22,634 nucleotides of DNA from an uncultured Methanosarcinales archaeon (GCA_964647565.1 CAZYIM010000039.1:1-22634), one strand, 5' to 3'. Counted from the stretch's first letter, positions 7,356 through 16,602 are shown. A program made the numbers and translations. The notes: generated by a model not told the origin, from the sequence alone.

Positions 7356-7754
7356 ATGGATAGAAAAAAGATCGTTGAAATGCAGCTGATGGAACAGCAG
7401 TTGAAGCAAATGCAAGGTAATATTGAGAACATTGATAATCAGATGAATGAACTAAGATCACTTTTAAGCAATCTTGAAGAAGTTTCAAAGATGAAAAAGG
7501 GCTCAGAGATCCTTTTCCCAGTGTCAAATGGCATATTTGCCAAGGCTGAAATCAAAGAGATCAAGAAATTAAAAGTAAGTGTCGGAAGTAATGTGGTTGT
7601 TAACAAGACTGTAGACAGCACAAAAGACATGATCAACGACCAGATCATGGAACTGATGAACTATCGCAATGAGAATCTCTTGAAATTTCAGGGCTTGATT
7701 GAGCAAATTCAAAACCTGCAGGTCGAGTTAGAAAAGGATGTAAAGACAAAATAA
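7356..7754 (+). CDS. pfdA: Prefoldin subunit alpha
   Basis: Coiled coil, then EILFPVSNGIFAKA...KVSVGSNVVVNKT, then coiled coil. Conserved position upstream of ftsY. Confidence 0.9.
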   Translation: MDRKKIVEMQLMEQQLKQMQGNIENIDNQMNELRSLLSNLEEVSKMKKGSEILFPVSNGIFAKAEIKEIKKLKVSVGSNVVVNKTVDSTKDMINDQIMELMNYRNENLLKFQGLIEQIQNLQVELEKDVKTK

Positions 7755-7755
7755 A

Positions 7756-10281
7756 ATGTTTGGATTTCTAAAAAAGAAGCTACAAGACGCGGTCTCAAAG
7801 TTTTCTAAAAATGTTGAAGATGAGGTTGAAGTAGAAGAGGTTACCAAGAAGGTAGACGAGACAAAAGCAGAGAAAAAGAAGGAAGAAAAGAAAAAGGATA
7901 AGCCTAAGAAAGAAGAAAAAAAGAAAGAGGAGAAACCTAAGCTTAAAAAAGAACCTGAAGAAAAAAAGGAAGAGAAACAAGAGAAACCTGAAAAAGAGCC
8001 AGAAGAAAAAAAATCATTCTTATCCAAGATCTTTGGCAAGAAAGAAGAAGACGCAGAAGAAGAAATACCAATTCCAAAAGAGAAGAAAAAAGAAGTAAAG
8101 CCTAAGGCCAAAAAAGAGGAAAAACCCAAGACACCTGAGCCAAAAGTTGAGAAAGCCGAAGAAAAGAAAGTTGAAGCTAAGAAAGAAGAGAAAAAAGAAC
8201 CTGAGAAGGTAAAAGAAGCAGTCAAGGAAGAACCTGAACCTGAAAAAAAAGAAAAGAAAAAAGAGACCGATGCTAAGAAGGAAGAAAAGAAAACAGAAGA
8301 AAAGGAGCCTGAACCTGTAAAAGAAGAAGCTGAAGAAAAGAAAGAGCCTCTAAAAGAAGAAAAAGAAGAGATCGAAGAAGTAGAGGAAGAGCCTGAGATT
8401 GAACCTGAAGAGGAACCCAAGCCAGAAGTTAAAGAAGAAATAGTGGAGCCAGAAGAATCAGAAGAAAAAATTAAAGGCGTCAAAATAACTTATTTTGTTC
8501 ACGGAACCACAACTGATAATGAAGAAGGCCTAGCCACGGGCCATGAACATGGAGAACTTTCTGAACTAGGCATAACACAAGCAAAAGAGCTTGCTAATCA
8601 AGTCGATGTTGAAAAGTTCGATGTCATGTTCACATCTGACCTGAAACGAGCTACTGATTCTGCAGATTTTGGATTCAAAGATAAACTCAAGATAATCAAA
8701 GACAAGCGACTTCGCGAAGTTGATTATGGAGAATTTACACTTAAGCCTTGCAAGGAATTCAAGCCGAATATGGCTGATTATGTTGACGAAAGATTCCCCT
8801 CTGGTGAAAGCTATAGGGATGTAGAAAAAAGAATTGCAGAATTTCTAAACGATATCTTGAAAAAATACCAGGGCAAGCATATCGCAATAATGGCACATCA
8901 CGCTCCACAACTCGCTATCGAGGTTTTGGTGGAAGGCAAAACCTGGGAACAAGCTATTGCAGATGATTGGCGACCTAAAAATGCATGGCAGCCAGGATGG
9001 GACTATTCAATGGAGGCAGAGGTAGACGTGCCTGAGATAGAGGATACTGCAGCAGAAGCTGCTGAAGTTCAGGAAGAGGCTCCTGAACAACAAGAAAAAA
9101 AATCATTCTTATCAAAGATATTCCACAGGAAAAAAGAGGAAGAAGTAATCGAAGAAAAAGAAGAGGTTGAGGAAGAGAAAGAGGCTGAGCCTGAACCAGA
9201 AGTCCCAGAGGAACTTGAAGAGATCAAGGAAGACATAAAAGACGTTGAAAAAGAAAAAGAAGTGATTGAAGAGGAAGAAAAGGTAGAAGAACCCAAAAAA
9301 GAGAAAAAAGAAGAGGTTGAAGAAGAGCCTGAAATTTCTGAAGAACCGATAAAAGAAGAAGAACCTGAAGAGGAACCTGCGGAAGAAGCTAAGCCCAAGA
9401 AAAAGGGATTATTTTCATTTGTCACCGAGCGAGTCACTAAGTTTAATATTTCTGAAGAGAAGTTTGAGGAGATGTTCTGGGATCTTGAAGTTGCATTACT
9501 GGAAAATAATGTTGCCGTTGAGGTCATAGAAAAGATCAAGGAAGATATGAAAGAAGAGCTGACCAGGGAAAAGATCTCAAGAAAGAAGGTCATGGAGGTC
9601 ATAATCAATAGGCTTGACCAATCTATTAAAGAACTCTTTGATGTTGACCAGATAGACCTGATGAAAGAGATCAAGAAGAAAAAGCCTTTTGTCATCTCTT
9701 TTATTGGAGTCAATGGATCTGGCAAGACCACATCTATGGCCAAGGTAGCCAAGAATCTTATGAATCAGGGTCTATCAGTCGTGTTTGCAGCAGCAGATAC
9801 GTTTAGGGCGGCTGCAATCGAACAATTGCAGGAACATGCGGACAAGCTTGGTGTAAAAATGATCCGTCATGACTACAAATCAGATCCTGCCGCAGTTGCT
9901 TTTGATGCAGTTGAGCATGCAAAAGCCAAGAACATAGATGTTGTCCTGGTTGACACTGCTGGAAGGCTTCATTCAAATGATAATCTGATGAATGAGCTCA
10001 AAAAACTTGTCAGGGTAAATAACCCTGATCTAAAGGTTTTTGTTGGGGAAAGTACTACTGGTAATGATTGTGTAGAACAAGCCAGATTATTTGATCAGGC
10101 TGTTGGTATAGATGCAGTAATACTCGCAAAAGTGGATGTTGATGATAAAGGCGGAGCTGCTATTTCTATTTCTTTTGTGACAAAGAAACCGATCATCTTT
10201 ATTGGTACTGGTCAGAATTATGAGGATCTTGAGCCTTTTGATCCACAGATTGTTCTGAAATCACTTGGCCTTGAAGCCTAG
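7756..10281 (+). CDS. ftsY: SRP receptor FtsY with long K/E-rich linkers and an internal histidine-phosphatase domain (841 aa)
   Basis: C-terminal NG GTPase: GVNGSGKTTS, DTFRAAAIEQL, DPAAVAFDA, DTAGR, AKVD..KGG, GTGQ.YEDL. Internal domain: YFVHGTT.DN, LSELGITQA, TSDLKRA, RLREVDYG, GES, AHH. Confidence 0.92.
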   Translation: MFGFLKKKLQDAVSKFSKNVEDEVEVEEVTKKVDETKAEKKKEEKKKDKPKKEEKKKEEKPKLKKEPEEKKEEKQEKPEKEPEEKKSFLSKIFGKKEEDAEEEIPIPKEKKKEVKPKAKKEEKPKTPEPKVEKAEEKKVEAKKEEKKEPEKVKEAVKEEPEPEKKEKKKETDAKKEEKKTEEKEPEPVKEEAEEKKEPLKEEKEEIEEVEEEPEIEPEEEPKPEVKEEIVEPEESEEKIKGVKITYFVHGTTTDNEEGLATGHEHGELSELGITQAKELANQVDVEKFDVMFTSDLKRATDSADFGFKDKLKIIKDKRLREVDYGEFTLKPCKEFKPNMADYVDERFPSGESYRDVEKRIAEFLNDILKKYQGKHIAIMAHHAPQLAIEVLVEGKTWEQAIADDWRPKNAWQPGWDYSMEAEVDVPEIEDTAAEAAEVQEEAPEQQEKKSFLSKIFHRKKEEEVIEEKEEVEEEKEAEPEPEVPEELEEIKEDIKDVEKEKEVIEEEEKVEEPKKEKKEEVEEEPEISEEPIKEEEPEEEPAEEAKPKKKGLFSFVTERVTKFNISEEKFEEMFWDLEVALLENNVAVEVIEKIKEDMKEELTREKISRKKVMEVIINRLDQSIKELFDVDQIDLMKEIKKKKPFVISFIGVNGSGKTTSMAKVAKNLMNQGLSVVFAAADTFRAAAIEQLQEHADKLGVKMIRHDYKSDPAAVAFDAVEHAKAKNIDVVLVDTAGRLHSNDNLMNELKKLVRVNNPDLKVFVGESTTGNDCVEQARLFDQAVGIDAVILAKVDVDDKGGAAISISFVTKKPIIFIGTGQNYEDLEPFDPQIVLKSLGLEA
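8003..8033 (+). repeat. Direct repeat copy 1 inside ftsY (encodes EKKSFLSKIF)
   Basis: AAGAAAAAAAATCATTCTTATCcAAGATcTT matches 9092-9122 at 29/31 nt, 1089 nt apart and in frame. Confidence 0.85.
8479..9012 (+). other. Histidine phosphatase (phosphoglycerate-mutase-like) domain within FtsY
   Basis: About 178 aa of globular sequence, VKITYFVHG...WQPGWDYSM, carrying the family motifs and embedded between two low-complexity linkers. Confidence 0.85.
9092..9122 (+). repeat. Direct repeat copy 2 inside ftsY (encodes EKKSFLSKIF)
   Basis: AAGAAAAAAAATCATTCTTATCaAAGATaTT. A second shared 17-mer, GAACCTGAAGAGGAACC, occurs at 8401-8417 and 9361-9377. Confidence 0.85.
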
Positions 10282-10717
10282 GCTTGATTATCTTTTTTAA
10301 GAATCCGATCTTATCTCTTGCTTTAAACAATAGTGGATTTGTTTCTCTTGTCAAGGTCTTTTTAGTTGCAATATCCAATCCATACGCAATAAGTGGACCT
10401 GCTGTCCATGACAAGAAATCTCCAGGATCATAGGTTCCGCTGCAAATGCCAAAATATTCAATCAGTTCGTGACCATAACCAACTGCAAGCCAGAGCAATG
10501 CATTTGCTTCTGAACTAAGATGGTCTCCAAATCCTATTCTGACCAATTGATAACCTACTCCTGTTGTTGAACCAGGTCCAAAATAACCATCTCCAAAGTG
10601 GCCAAAGGCAGTATTAGAGGTCATAGAAATAGCTCCAGTTGTTCCAAACATGGTCATGTAGCCCAGATTCTTGATCCTGTCAGGAACGCTTCTTACCTTA
10701 TCAATTAGTTTAGACAT
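10199..10717 (-). CDS. Hypothetical membrane protein, possibly VanZ/DUF2238-like
   Basis: Hydrophobic segments with polar motifs HFGD, HELIEY and GTYDPGD. It has its own upstream TATA box. The 3' end overlaps ftsY by 83 nt. Confidence 0.6.
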   Translation of the reverse strand: MSKLIDKVRSVPDRIKNLGYMTMFGTTGAISMTSNTAFGHFGDGYFGPGSTTGVGYQLVRIGFGDHLSSEANALLWLAVGYGHELIEYFGICSGTYDPGDFLSWTAGPLIAYGLDIATKKTLTRETNPLLFKARDKIGFLKKIIKPRLQGQVISEQSVDQKAQDPHNSDQYQ

Positions 10718-10754
10718 TTTTAGTAGCTATAATACTCTCTAGAAGAAAGAATTA

Positions 10755-10768
10755 TTTATAAATGTTTG
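10755..10768 (-). promoter_or_regulatory. BRE-TATA promoter for the 10199..10717 gene
   Basis: Minus strand reads CAAACA-TTTATAAA about 38 nt upstream of ATG 10717. Confidence 0.5.
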
Positions 10769-10797
10769 GATTATAACTACTGAATGGTGATAAATAT

Positions 10798-12060
10798 TTA
10801 ATCCAGATTCTTGCCATTCACCCAAAGATCAATGCCAGTCCTTGGAATATCCTGGTAAAGTACACCATAATTCCCATGCAGGCAGTCATTGACAATCTCA
10901 ATAGAGTGTTCATAATTATTTGCCCAATGCTTCCTAAAGGCTTCGACAGCTTTGTCAGGATTCATTTTCAGGGCCTGCGCATTATGTTTAATCCTGTTAA
11001 TTGTTGGAGTGTACATCTTGATCTCTAAGAAATGTAGTTTTGGCAAAAAGCCATCAATCTGGTAATCCATTTTTTCGACAAACTCTCTTACAGTCGCAGG
11101 ATCTGGATTGATAATATATGGATAGATATCAACACCGCTATTGACTATATCCTTGAAAGCAAATATCTGATCTTCAAGCGAAAGCTTGGCCTGGACCAGA
11201 CTCTGCACACCAAAATCATCAGTGCCCTTAAAGCATGAAAGGATTTTGGGTTTGTATTCTGCAATCCTCTCCCAGACATGAGTGGGATATTGACCTGTGA
11301 CTTCTAATTCTCTGACCAAGGCCCCTGATGTTAGGTTGGTATCTAACTGAAGTCCCACTTTTATGCCATGTTCTTGTCTAATTAGTTCGGCTAGTTCTAG
11401 ATTAAAATCCATCCAAAGTGTTGGTTCTCCACCACTAGACCTTATATGTCTCAAATCACGACCTGCCTCACGAAATTTATCCATGTGATATTCAAAACTG
11501 GAAAGAACTGAATCTGCTGAAACAAAACTGCCAAACTCCAACTGGCCAGAATTGCTTTTATTGTCTACAAAACAAAACAAGCAACCGCCATATTCATCAC
11601 CTAAATGGAAATTGCATCCAACGCCCTGGAATATGAAGTTGAAATTAAAGTCATTCATCATTTGAATTGGATATCCTTGCTGGACCCTGAACCAATCAAT
11701 TATGTCAAAAGATTTGTTAAGGGAATCTCTGACCTGTTTAGGATTGTCTGTATCAATAGGAGGTATGGTTTTTATCACAGCAATCTCCTTATCCATGTCC
11801 TTGCTGTTGACCTTGGCTCTGTAGACATTATCACCAGTCACAATATCCTCCATGATGGGCATGGTAATGTCTCCCTTCTGGTCGGTCTTGTCAAAATCTA
11901 CAACACATAGTTCCCGTTTATTATTTTCAGGATTTGTCCGTACCAGTTTTTCACGAAGATGCTTGCCCCACTTCACAGGATCAACACCCATAGCAGCGTT
12001 TTGCCTGCTCTCCAGAATTGATTTAACTAACCTTCTCTCTTTATCACTCATAGATTCCAT
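10798..12060 (-). CDS. Radical SAM protein with an atypical CX10CX2C motif; probable start ATG 12060 (420 aa)
   Basis: FQGVGCNFHLGDEYGGCLFCFVD, IRSSGGEPTL, LQLDTNL. SD GAGGTG at 12068-12073 lies 7 nt before ATG 12060. Confidence 0.75.
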   Translation of the reverse strand: MESMSDKERRLVKSILESRQNAAMGVDPVKWGKHLREKLVRTNPENNKRELCVVDFDKTDQKGDITMPIMEDIVTGDNVYRAKVNSKDMDKEIAVIKTIPPIDTDNPKQVRDSLNKSFDIIDWFRVQQGYPIQMMNDFNFNFIFQGVGCNFHLGDEYGGCLFCFVDNKSNSGQLEFGSFVSADSVLSSFEYHMDKFREAGRDLRHIRSSGGEPTLWMDFNLELAELIRQEHGIKVGLQLDTNLTSGALVRELEVTGQYPTHVWERIAEYKPKILSCFKGTDDFGVQSLVQAKLSLEDQIFAFKDIVNSGVDIYPYIINPDPATVREFVEKMDYQIDGFLPKLHFLEIKMYTPTINRIKHNAQALKMNPDKAVEAFRKHWANNYEHSIEIVNDCLHGNYGVLYQDIPRTGIDLWVNGKNLD

Positions 12061-12151
12061 AACTAACCACCTCACTGATTTACTCACTTAAGTTACAAAA
12101 AATATTTAAATTAGTATGATGCGATATATTAATGACGAAAAAAGGGGTATA

Positions 12152-15100
12152 ATGAAAAAACTATTTATCAGTCTAGTTATGATTATCTTATTAGCTAATT
12201 TTTCACACGCAAGCCCTGTCATTTCTCACATCACAGAAGGCATCACAGGATCAATAATCAAACTGGATGTCGAGGATCTTGGCCAGGGCAGGGAAGTCAT
12301 AGTCGGAACATCCACTGGAGTTTTCATCTTTGATGGTAAAGGAGTGCTGATCAATCACTTCCCCACCACCTATCCGATTACAGATCTATTATATGTTAAT
12401 GACTTGACTGGGGATGGTGATAGGGATATTGTTGTTTCAACCACAGACCAGGACTTTCCTAATGTTCAGATGTATAATAGTCGAACAGGAGAGCTCATCT
12501 GGACTTTCAAGCCAACAATACCAGCATATGACCTTGACTTGATGTGGATAGACAAAGAGACCAAGACCTGGGATCTTGAAATACTTCCTGACATTAACAG
12601 CGACAATCTTGATGAGATATTGGTGGCTTCAGGAAATAAGGTTTATCTGCTCGATGGTAAGACAGGCGTAGCAAAATGGGCATTCAATGCCACAAATGAT
12701 GTGTGGAACGTAAAAAGTATTGGAGATAAGATACTGGTAGGCTCGCAAGATGGAATATTATATGCATTAGATGTTCAAGGTTCTTTGATGTGGCAAATAG
12801 AGCTGATAGCTCCTTTTGAGGTAATAGACCTCTCAACCAATAACCCTGTTGGTAATGTAAAACGATCTGTCTGGGACATAATATTGACTCAAGAACAGAT
12901 AATCACTGTAAGCGGGGAGAACGGATATATCTATCAAGTAAACATTGACAATGGAAACATCATTCAAGAAAAACAGATAATAGAATTTGATGATAATCTA
13001 TTGTATGCCTACTATGGAACTGATAAGAATCGCTTATTGCCTTCGGGACCAAACACAGATAACTTCTTTAACTTAAGATTAAAGAAGATTCCCGATCTTA
13101 ACCAGGATGGTATTGATGAAATAATTGCAACCACATTTATGGGTACATCATCCTCACGAAACCAAGACCAGAAAGGCGGATACAGCTTAAAGAACAAAAT
13201 TATCCATTTGCTCGATGGAGACTCTGTTGAAGAGATATGGCACACCAAAGAGATAGATATAACAAAAACAAAACAGTTCAGCACATATATTGACAATGAC
13301 AAGAAGATTGTTATACCTGAAGGTAAGAGAGGTAAGACAGAATTGATCAAGACAGTCAATCTTGAAAAAGAGATTGTTAATATCAATTTCAATACCACAG
13401 CAGTATCAGGTGGATCAGGGAATTTCTATTTTATTGAAAACTATGATGATTATCATCTTATTATGGCTTCTGACCAAGGCGATCTGACCCTCATAGATAC
13501 AACAGGCAAGATACAATGGGTATATCCAAGATATCAGGAACTAGAGATCAATAGTGTAGACCTCAACTCTGATGGAACAGAAGACATTTTTGTGCGTTCT
13601 GTTGAAAGAAAAGAGCGAGAAAAAAAGACAGAAGAGGGCAGCACACGAATGATGTATATGCTTGATGGAACCAGCAACAATATGCTTTGGCTATATAAGA
13701 TGGGTTTTAACGAATATTACCTGACTGGCGGATTGAATAATATCAGGATAATAGATGATGTCAACAATGATAATTATAGGGACATAATGGCATATGTACA
13801 AAGAAAAGGTGATTGGGATCGTGGAGATTCTAAAGGCCTATATACAAGAATAATAGTTTTTGATGGAAAGTCAGGAAATGAGATCTGGAAGAAACCAGTT
13901 GTTGAGAACACATATTATGGCGTTTATGATATCCTATATAGGAACATATCACTGATCCCGACCATGTTTGATTATGATGAAGATACAATAACACAACTTG
14001 AAATTGAGCGAGAGTTTGCCCAGAGAAAACTTCAGAATCCTGACACTTTGGATTATGACAAATGGCAAAGATATCTAGAGGAAAGAGAGCAAGCGATAGA
14101 ACGTCAATATAGGATGAGGGATCAGATAGACCAGTTAATGGGAGAATTACCTCAAAGGAAAGAAGAATTCAAGGTAAATAGGAGGATCATATCAATTGAG
14201 GAAATAGAGGACCAGAATTCTGATGGTGTAAAGGATTTGATAGTGAGCTGCTGGTACGATGTCTATGTCATAAGCAGCAAGGATGGAAAATTATTATGGT
14301 TAAAAACACGGGATGCATATAAGCATAAGGATCCTTTTGCCTCAGGAGAAGGCAACAAATCCCTTGAATGGAGTTTCTTAAAAGATGCAGACAGGTCAAA
14401 AATAAAGGTAGTTGAAGATATCAACGAAGATGGAATCCAGGATCTTCTTGTCTTCACGCATCGCAGAATCCTTTTGGCACAGAGCGGGATCAATTATACC
14501 CTTAAATGGATGTGGAAACCAAGTTCTGGAGACTATGACCAAGAAAACCTGATGATGATTGAAGATGTTAACGGTGATGGTATCAAGGATATATTTATCG
14601 ATGTTTGGAGTGAGGATGGCCCATCAACATACAAGATCCTAAACAGCAGGAATGGCAAAGAAATCATGCAGATAAACAGGGATGGCACTATGATGGATTG
14701 GAATGTAGCTGACCTTGACGGCGATAATCATAAAGATTCTTTGATATTTAGAAAATGGAGTGATTCTGGACCAATATTAGAGGTAAAAAGCGGCGATACT
14801 GGCCAAACTATATACACCTATGATGGTATTGATGAGACATATATGCTTGAAAGCAGGCATAAATTTGCACATATCATGCCCGCAGGACCAATAGATGATT
14901 TCAACGAGGATGGAGTAGATGATCTGGTCATCATAAAAAGCAGGTTGTGGCAAAAAGGCATAGAGATAATAATAATTGATGTCAAGAACAATGAACAATT
15001 GCAAAAAATAGAATATGATGTTGCTGAAACTGAAAATGAAGACTATAAAAGATACCAGCCAGCAGTATGGGTCAACACTATCAATGATCTTTCTGGCGAT

Positions 15101-15664
15101 GGTAGAAAAGAGATTGCTATTGTTGGAGTTTTTACAATTGAAAATGAACAAGAAGAAGCAAAAGTTATAATTTTTGATCTTAATAAGAAGAGAGTGCTTA
15201 GGGAATTCAAGGTTAAGGCTGACAAGGTTTTTAGTGTTGGTAACAACAAGAACATCTATATAACAACTGTAAATGGTGATGTCTACCTGATTGACAGCAG
15301 CTGGTCCAATCCAATTCTTGAACCCTTGAATGATGCAGTTGTTCAGGATGAATTTGAATTGAAATGGAACCAGGAAAAAAACACTCTTAATACCATATTC
15401 TTCAATAACCAAAAGGTCAAGGAAGTTGATGGTGATAGTCATGTCTTGAATATTAAGGGCGGCAAACACGAGATAGCCCTACAGACCAAGGATAGGCTTG
15501 GAAACACAGTATTTGACTATATTGAGATAAAGGTGAAAAGAAGTACTGTCGCAACCACCTTGATTAACATAATCATTCTCTTCGCTATTATTGCATTCAT
15601 AATATATAATATAAATAAGCATAGAAAAAGAAAGGGTCTAAGTCCAATATGGAAGAAGAAATAA
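12152..15664 (+). CDS. Large extracellular FG-GAP/PQQ-like beta-propeller protein with signal peptide, Ig-like domain and C-terminal membrane anchor; probable start ATG 12152
   Basis: Signal peptide MKKLFISLVMIILLANFSHA after AGGGGT. About 11 DxNxDGxxD-type motifs and repeated DGKTG..W motifs. C-terminal hydrophobic helix followed by KHRKRK. Confidence 0.85.
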   Translation: MKKLFISLVMIILLANFSHASPVISHITEGITGSIIKLDVEDLGQGREVIVGTSTGVFIFDGKGVLINHFPTTYPITDLLYVNDLTGDGDRDIVVSTTDQDFPNVQMYNSRTGELIWTFKPTIPAYDLDLMWIDKETKTWDLEILPDINSDNLDEILVASGNKVYLLDGKTGVAKWAFNATNDVWNVKSIGDKILVGSQDGILYALDVQGSLMWQIELIAPFEVIDLSTNNPVGNVKRSVWDIILTQEQIITVSGENGYIYQVNIDNGNIIQEKQIIEFDDNLLYAYYGTDKNRLLPSGPNTDNFFNLRLKKIPDLNQDGIDEIIATTFMGTSSSRNQDQKGGYSLKNKIIHLLDGDSVEEIWHTKEIDITKTKQFSTYIDNDKKIVIPEGKRGKTELIKTVNLEKEIVNINFNTTAVSGGSGNFYFIENYDDYHLIMASDQGDLTLIDTTGKIQWVYPRYQELEINSVDLNSDGTEDIFVRSVERKEREKKTEEGSTRMMYMLDGTSNNMLWLYKMGFNEYYLTGGLNNIRIIDDVNNDNYRDIMAYVQRKGDWDRGDSKGLYTRIIVFDGKSGNEIWKKPVVENTYYGVYDILYRNISLIPTMFDYDEDTITQLEIEREFAQRKLQNPDTLDYDKWQRYLEEREQAIERQYRMRDQIDQLMGELPQRKEEFKVNRRIISIEEIEDQNSDGVKDLIVSCWYDVYVISSKDGKLLWLKTRDAYKHKDPFASGEGNKSLEWSFLKDADRSKIKVVEDINEDGIQDLLVFTHRRILLAQSGINYTLKWMWKPSSGDYDQENLMMIEDVNGDGIKDIFIDVWSEDGPSTYKILNSRNGKEIMQINRDGTMMDWNVADLDGDNHKDSLIFRKWSDSGPILEVKSGDTGQTIYTYDGIDETYMLESRHKFAHIMPAGPIDDFNEDGVDDLVIIKSRLWQKGIEIIIIDVKNNEQLQKIEYDVAETENEDYKRYQPAVWVNTINDLSGDGRKEIAIVGVFTIENEQEEAKVIIFDLNKKRVLREFKVKADKVFSVGNNKNIYITTVNGDVYLIDSSWSNPILEPLNDAVVQDEFELKWNQEKNTLNTIFFNNQKVKEVDGDSHVLNIKGGKHEIALQTKDRLGNTVFDYIEIKVKRSTVATTLINIIILFAIIAFIIYNINKHRKRKGLSPIWKKK

Positions 15665-16602
15665 TGATCAAGACAGAGAACCTAAAGAAATCATTTGGTA
15701 GCGGAGCTTCTAGATTCAATGCAGTCGATAACATAAATATTGAGATAAGGAAAGGCCAGATCCATGGTTTTTTAGGACCTAATGGCGCAGGAAAATCAAC
15801 AACCATCAAGATGCTGGTGGGAGCGATTAAACCCACTTCAGGAAAAGCGTATATCAAGGGTAAAGCAGTTGGATCTGTTGATGCAAGATGGGTGATGGGT
15901 TACTCACCAGAAAGGCCATCGTTCTACGAAAACATGACTGCAATGGAATACCTTGAATACATGGGCATGCTTTGCGGGCTGGATTCTCAAGAAGCCCATA
16001 AACGTGCAGAAGAGCTCATGGACTGGATGGAACTTAAAGATGCCAAACACAGGGCAATTAAGGGATTTAGCGCAGGTATGAAACAGAAATTAGGTCTTGC
16101 TCAAGCCCTGATCCATGAACCCCAACTGCTTATTCTGGATGAACCAACAGCAAATCTTGATCCGATTGGAAGAGCAACGTTAATTGAAAAGATCAAGGAA
16201 CTGGCAGTCAAGCAAAATATCACTCTTTTTGTCAGCAGCCACATATTGCCTGAGATCGAAAAGATGGCTGACTATGTAACAATCATTGATCATGGTAAGA
16301 TAATTCTTGAAAGTGATGTCAAATCCCTAAAAAAACATTTCGAGGGCAATCATTTTATAATTTCCTGTTCAGACAATAAAAAACTAAAAAAGATTCTCCA
16401 AGCCAGGAATTATATCACTAAGATATGGGATGATGAGGAACAACGGATCAATATAATTGTTAAGGATGAGAAAAAGATTAAGGACGAGCTGCCCATACTT
16501 TTAGCTAAAAACAAATTAGCTTTAGAGCATTTTGGCCAGCTTTCATTGTCACTTGAAAAGATATTCATGGAGGTTATCGAGGAAGAAGATGGAAAAGCCT
16601 AG
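15649..16602 (+). CDS. ABC-2 type transporter ATP-binding protein (alternative start 15664 as a TAATG overlap)
   Basis: Walker A GPNGAGKST, signature FSAGMKQ, Walker B LILDEP, SSH switch. Confidence 0.95.
   Translation: MEEEIMIKTENLKKSFGSGASRFNAVDNINIEIRKGQIHGFLGPNGAGKSTTIKMLVGAIKPTSGKAYIKGKAVGSVDARWVMGYSPERPSFYENMTAMEYLEYMGMLCGLDSQEAHKRAEELMDWMELKDAKHRAIKGFSAGMKQKLGLAQALIHEPQLLILDEPTANLDPIGRATLIEKIKELAVKQNITLFVSSHILPEIEKMADYVTIIDHGKIILESDVKSLKKHFEGNHFIISCSDNKKLKKILQARNYITKIWDDEEQRINIIVKDEKKIKDELPILLAKNKLALEHFGQLSLSLEKIFMEVIEEEDGKA

Noticed and set aside
8479..9012. Insert in FtsY as a possible intein or mobile element
   Set aside because: No C/S...HN splice motifs, endonuclease or transposase. 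The motifs are those of a histidine phosphatase.
7728..9752. Long Ser/Phe-rich minus-strand ORFs 7728..8483 and 9069..9752
   Set aside because: They are antisense shadows of the GAA/AAA-rich ftsY linkers.
14777..15469. 230-aa minus-strand ORF and other short opposite-strand ORFs in the track
   Set aside because: They lie wholly within well-supported genes on the other strand and lack motifs or start signals.
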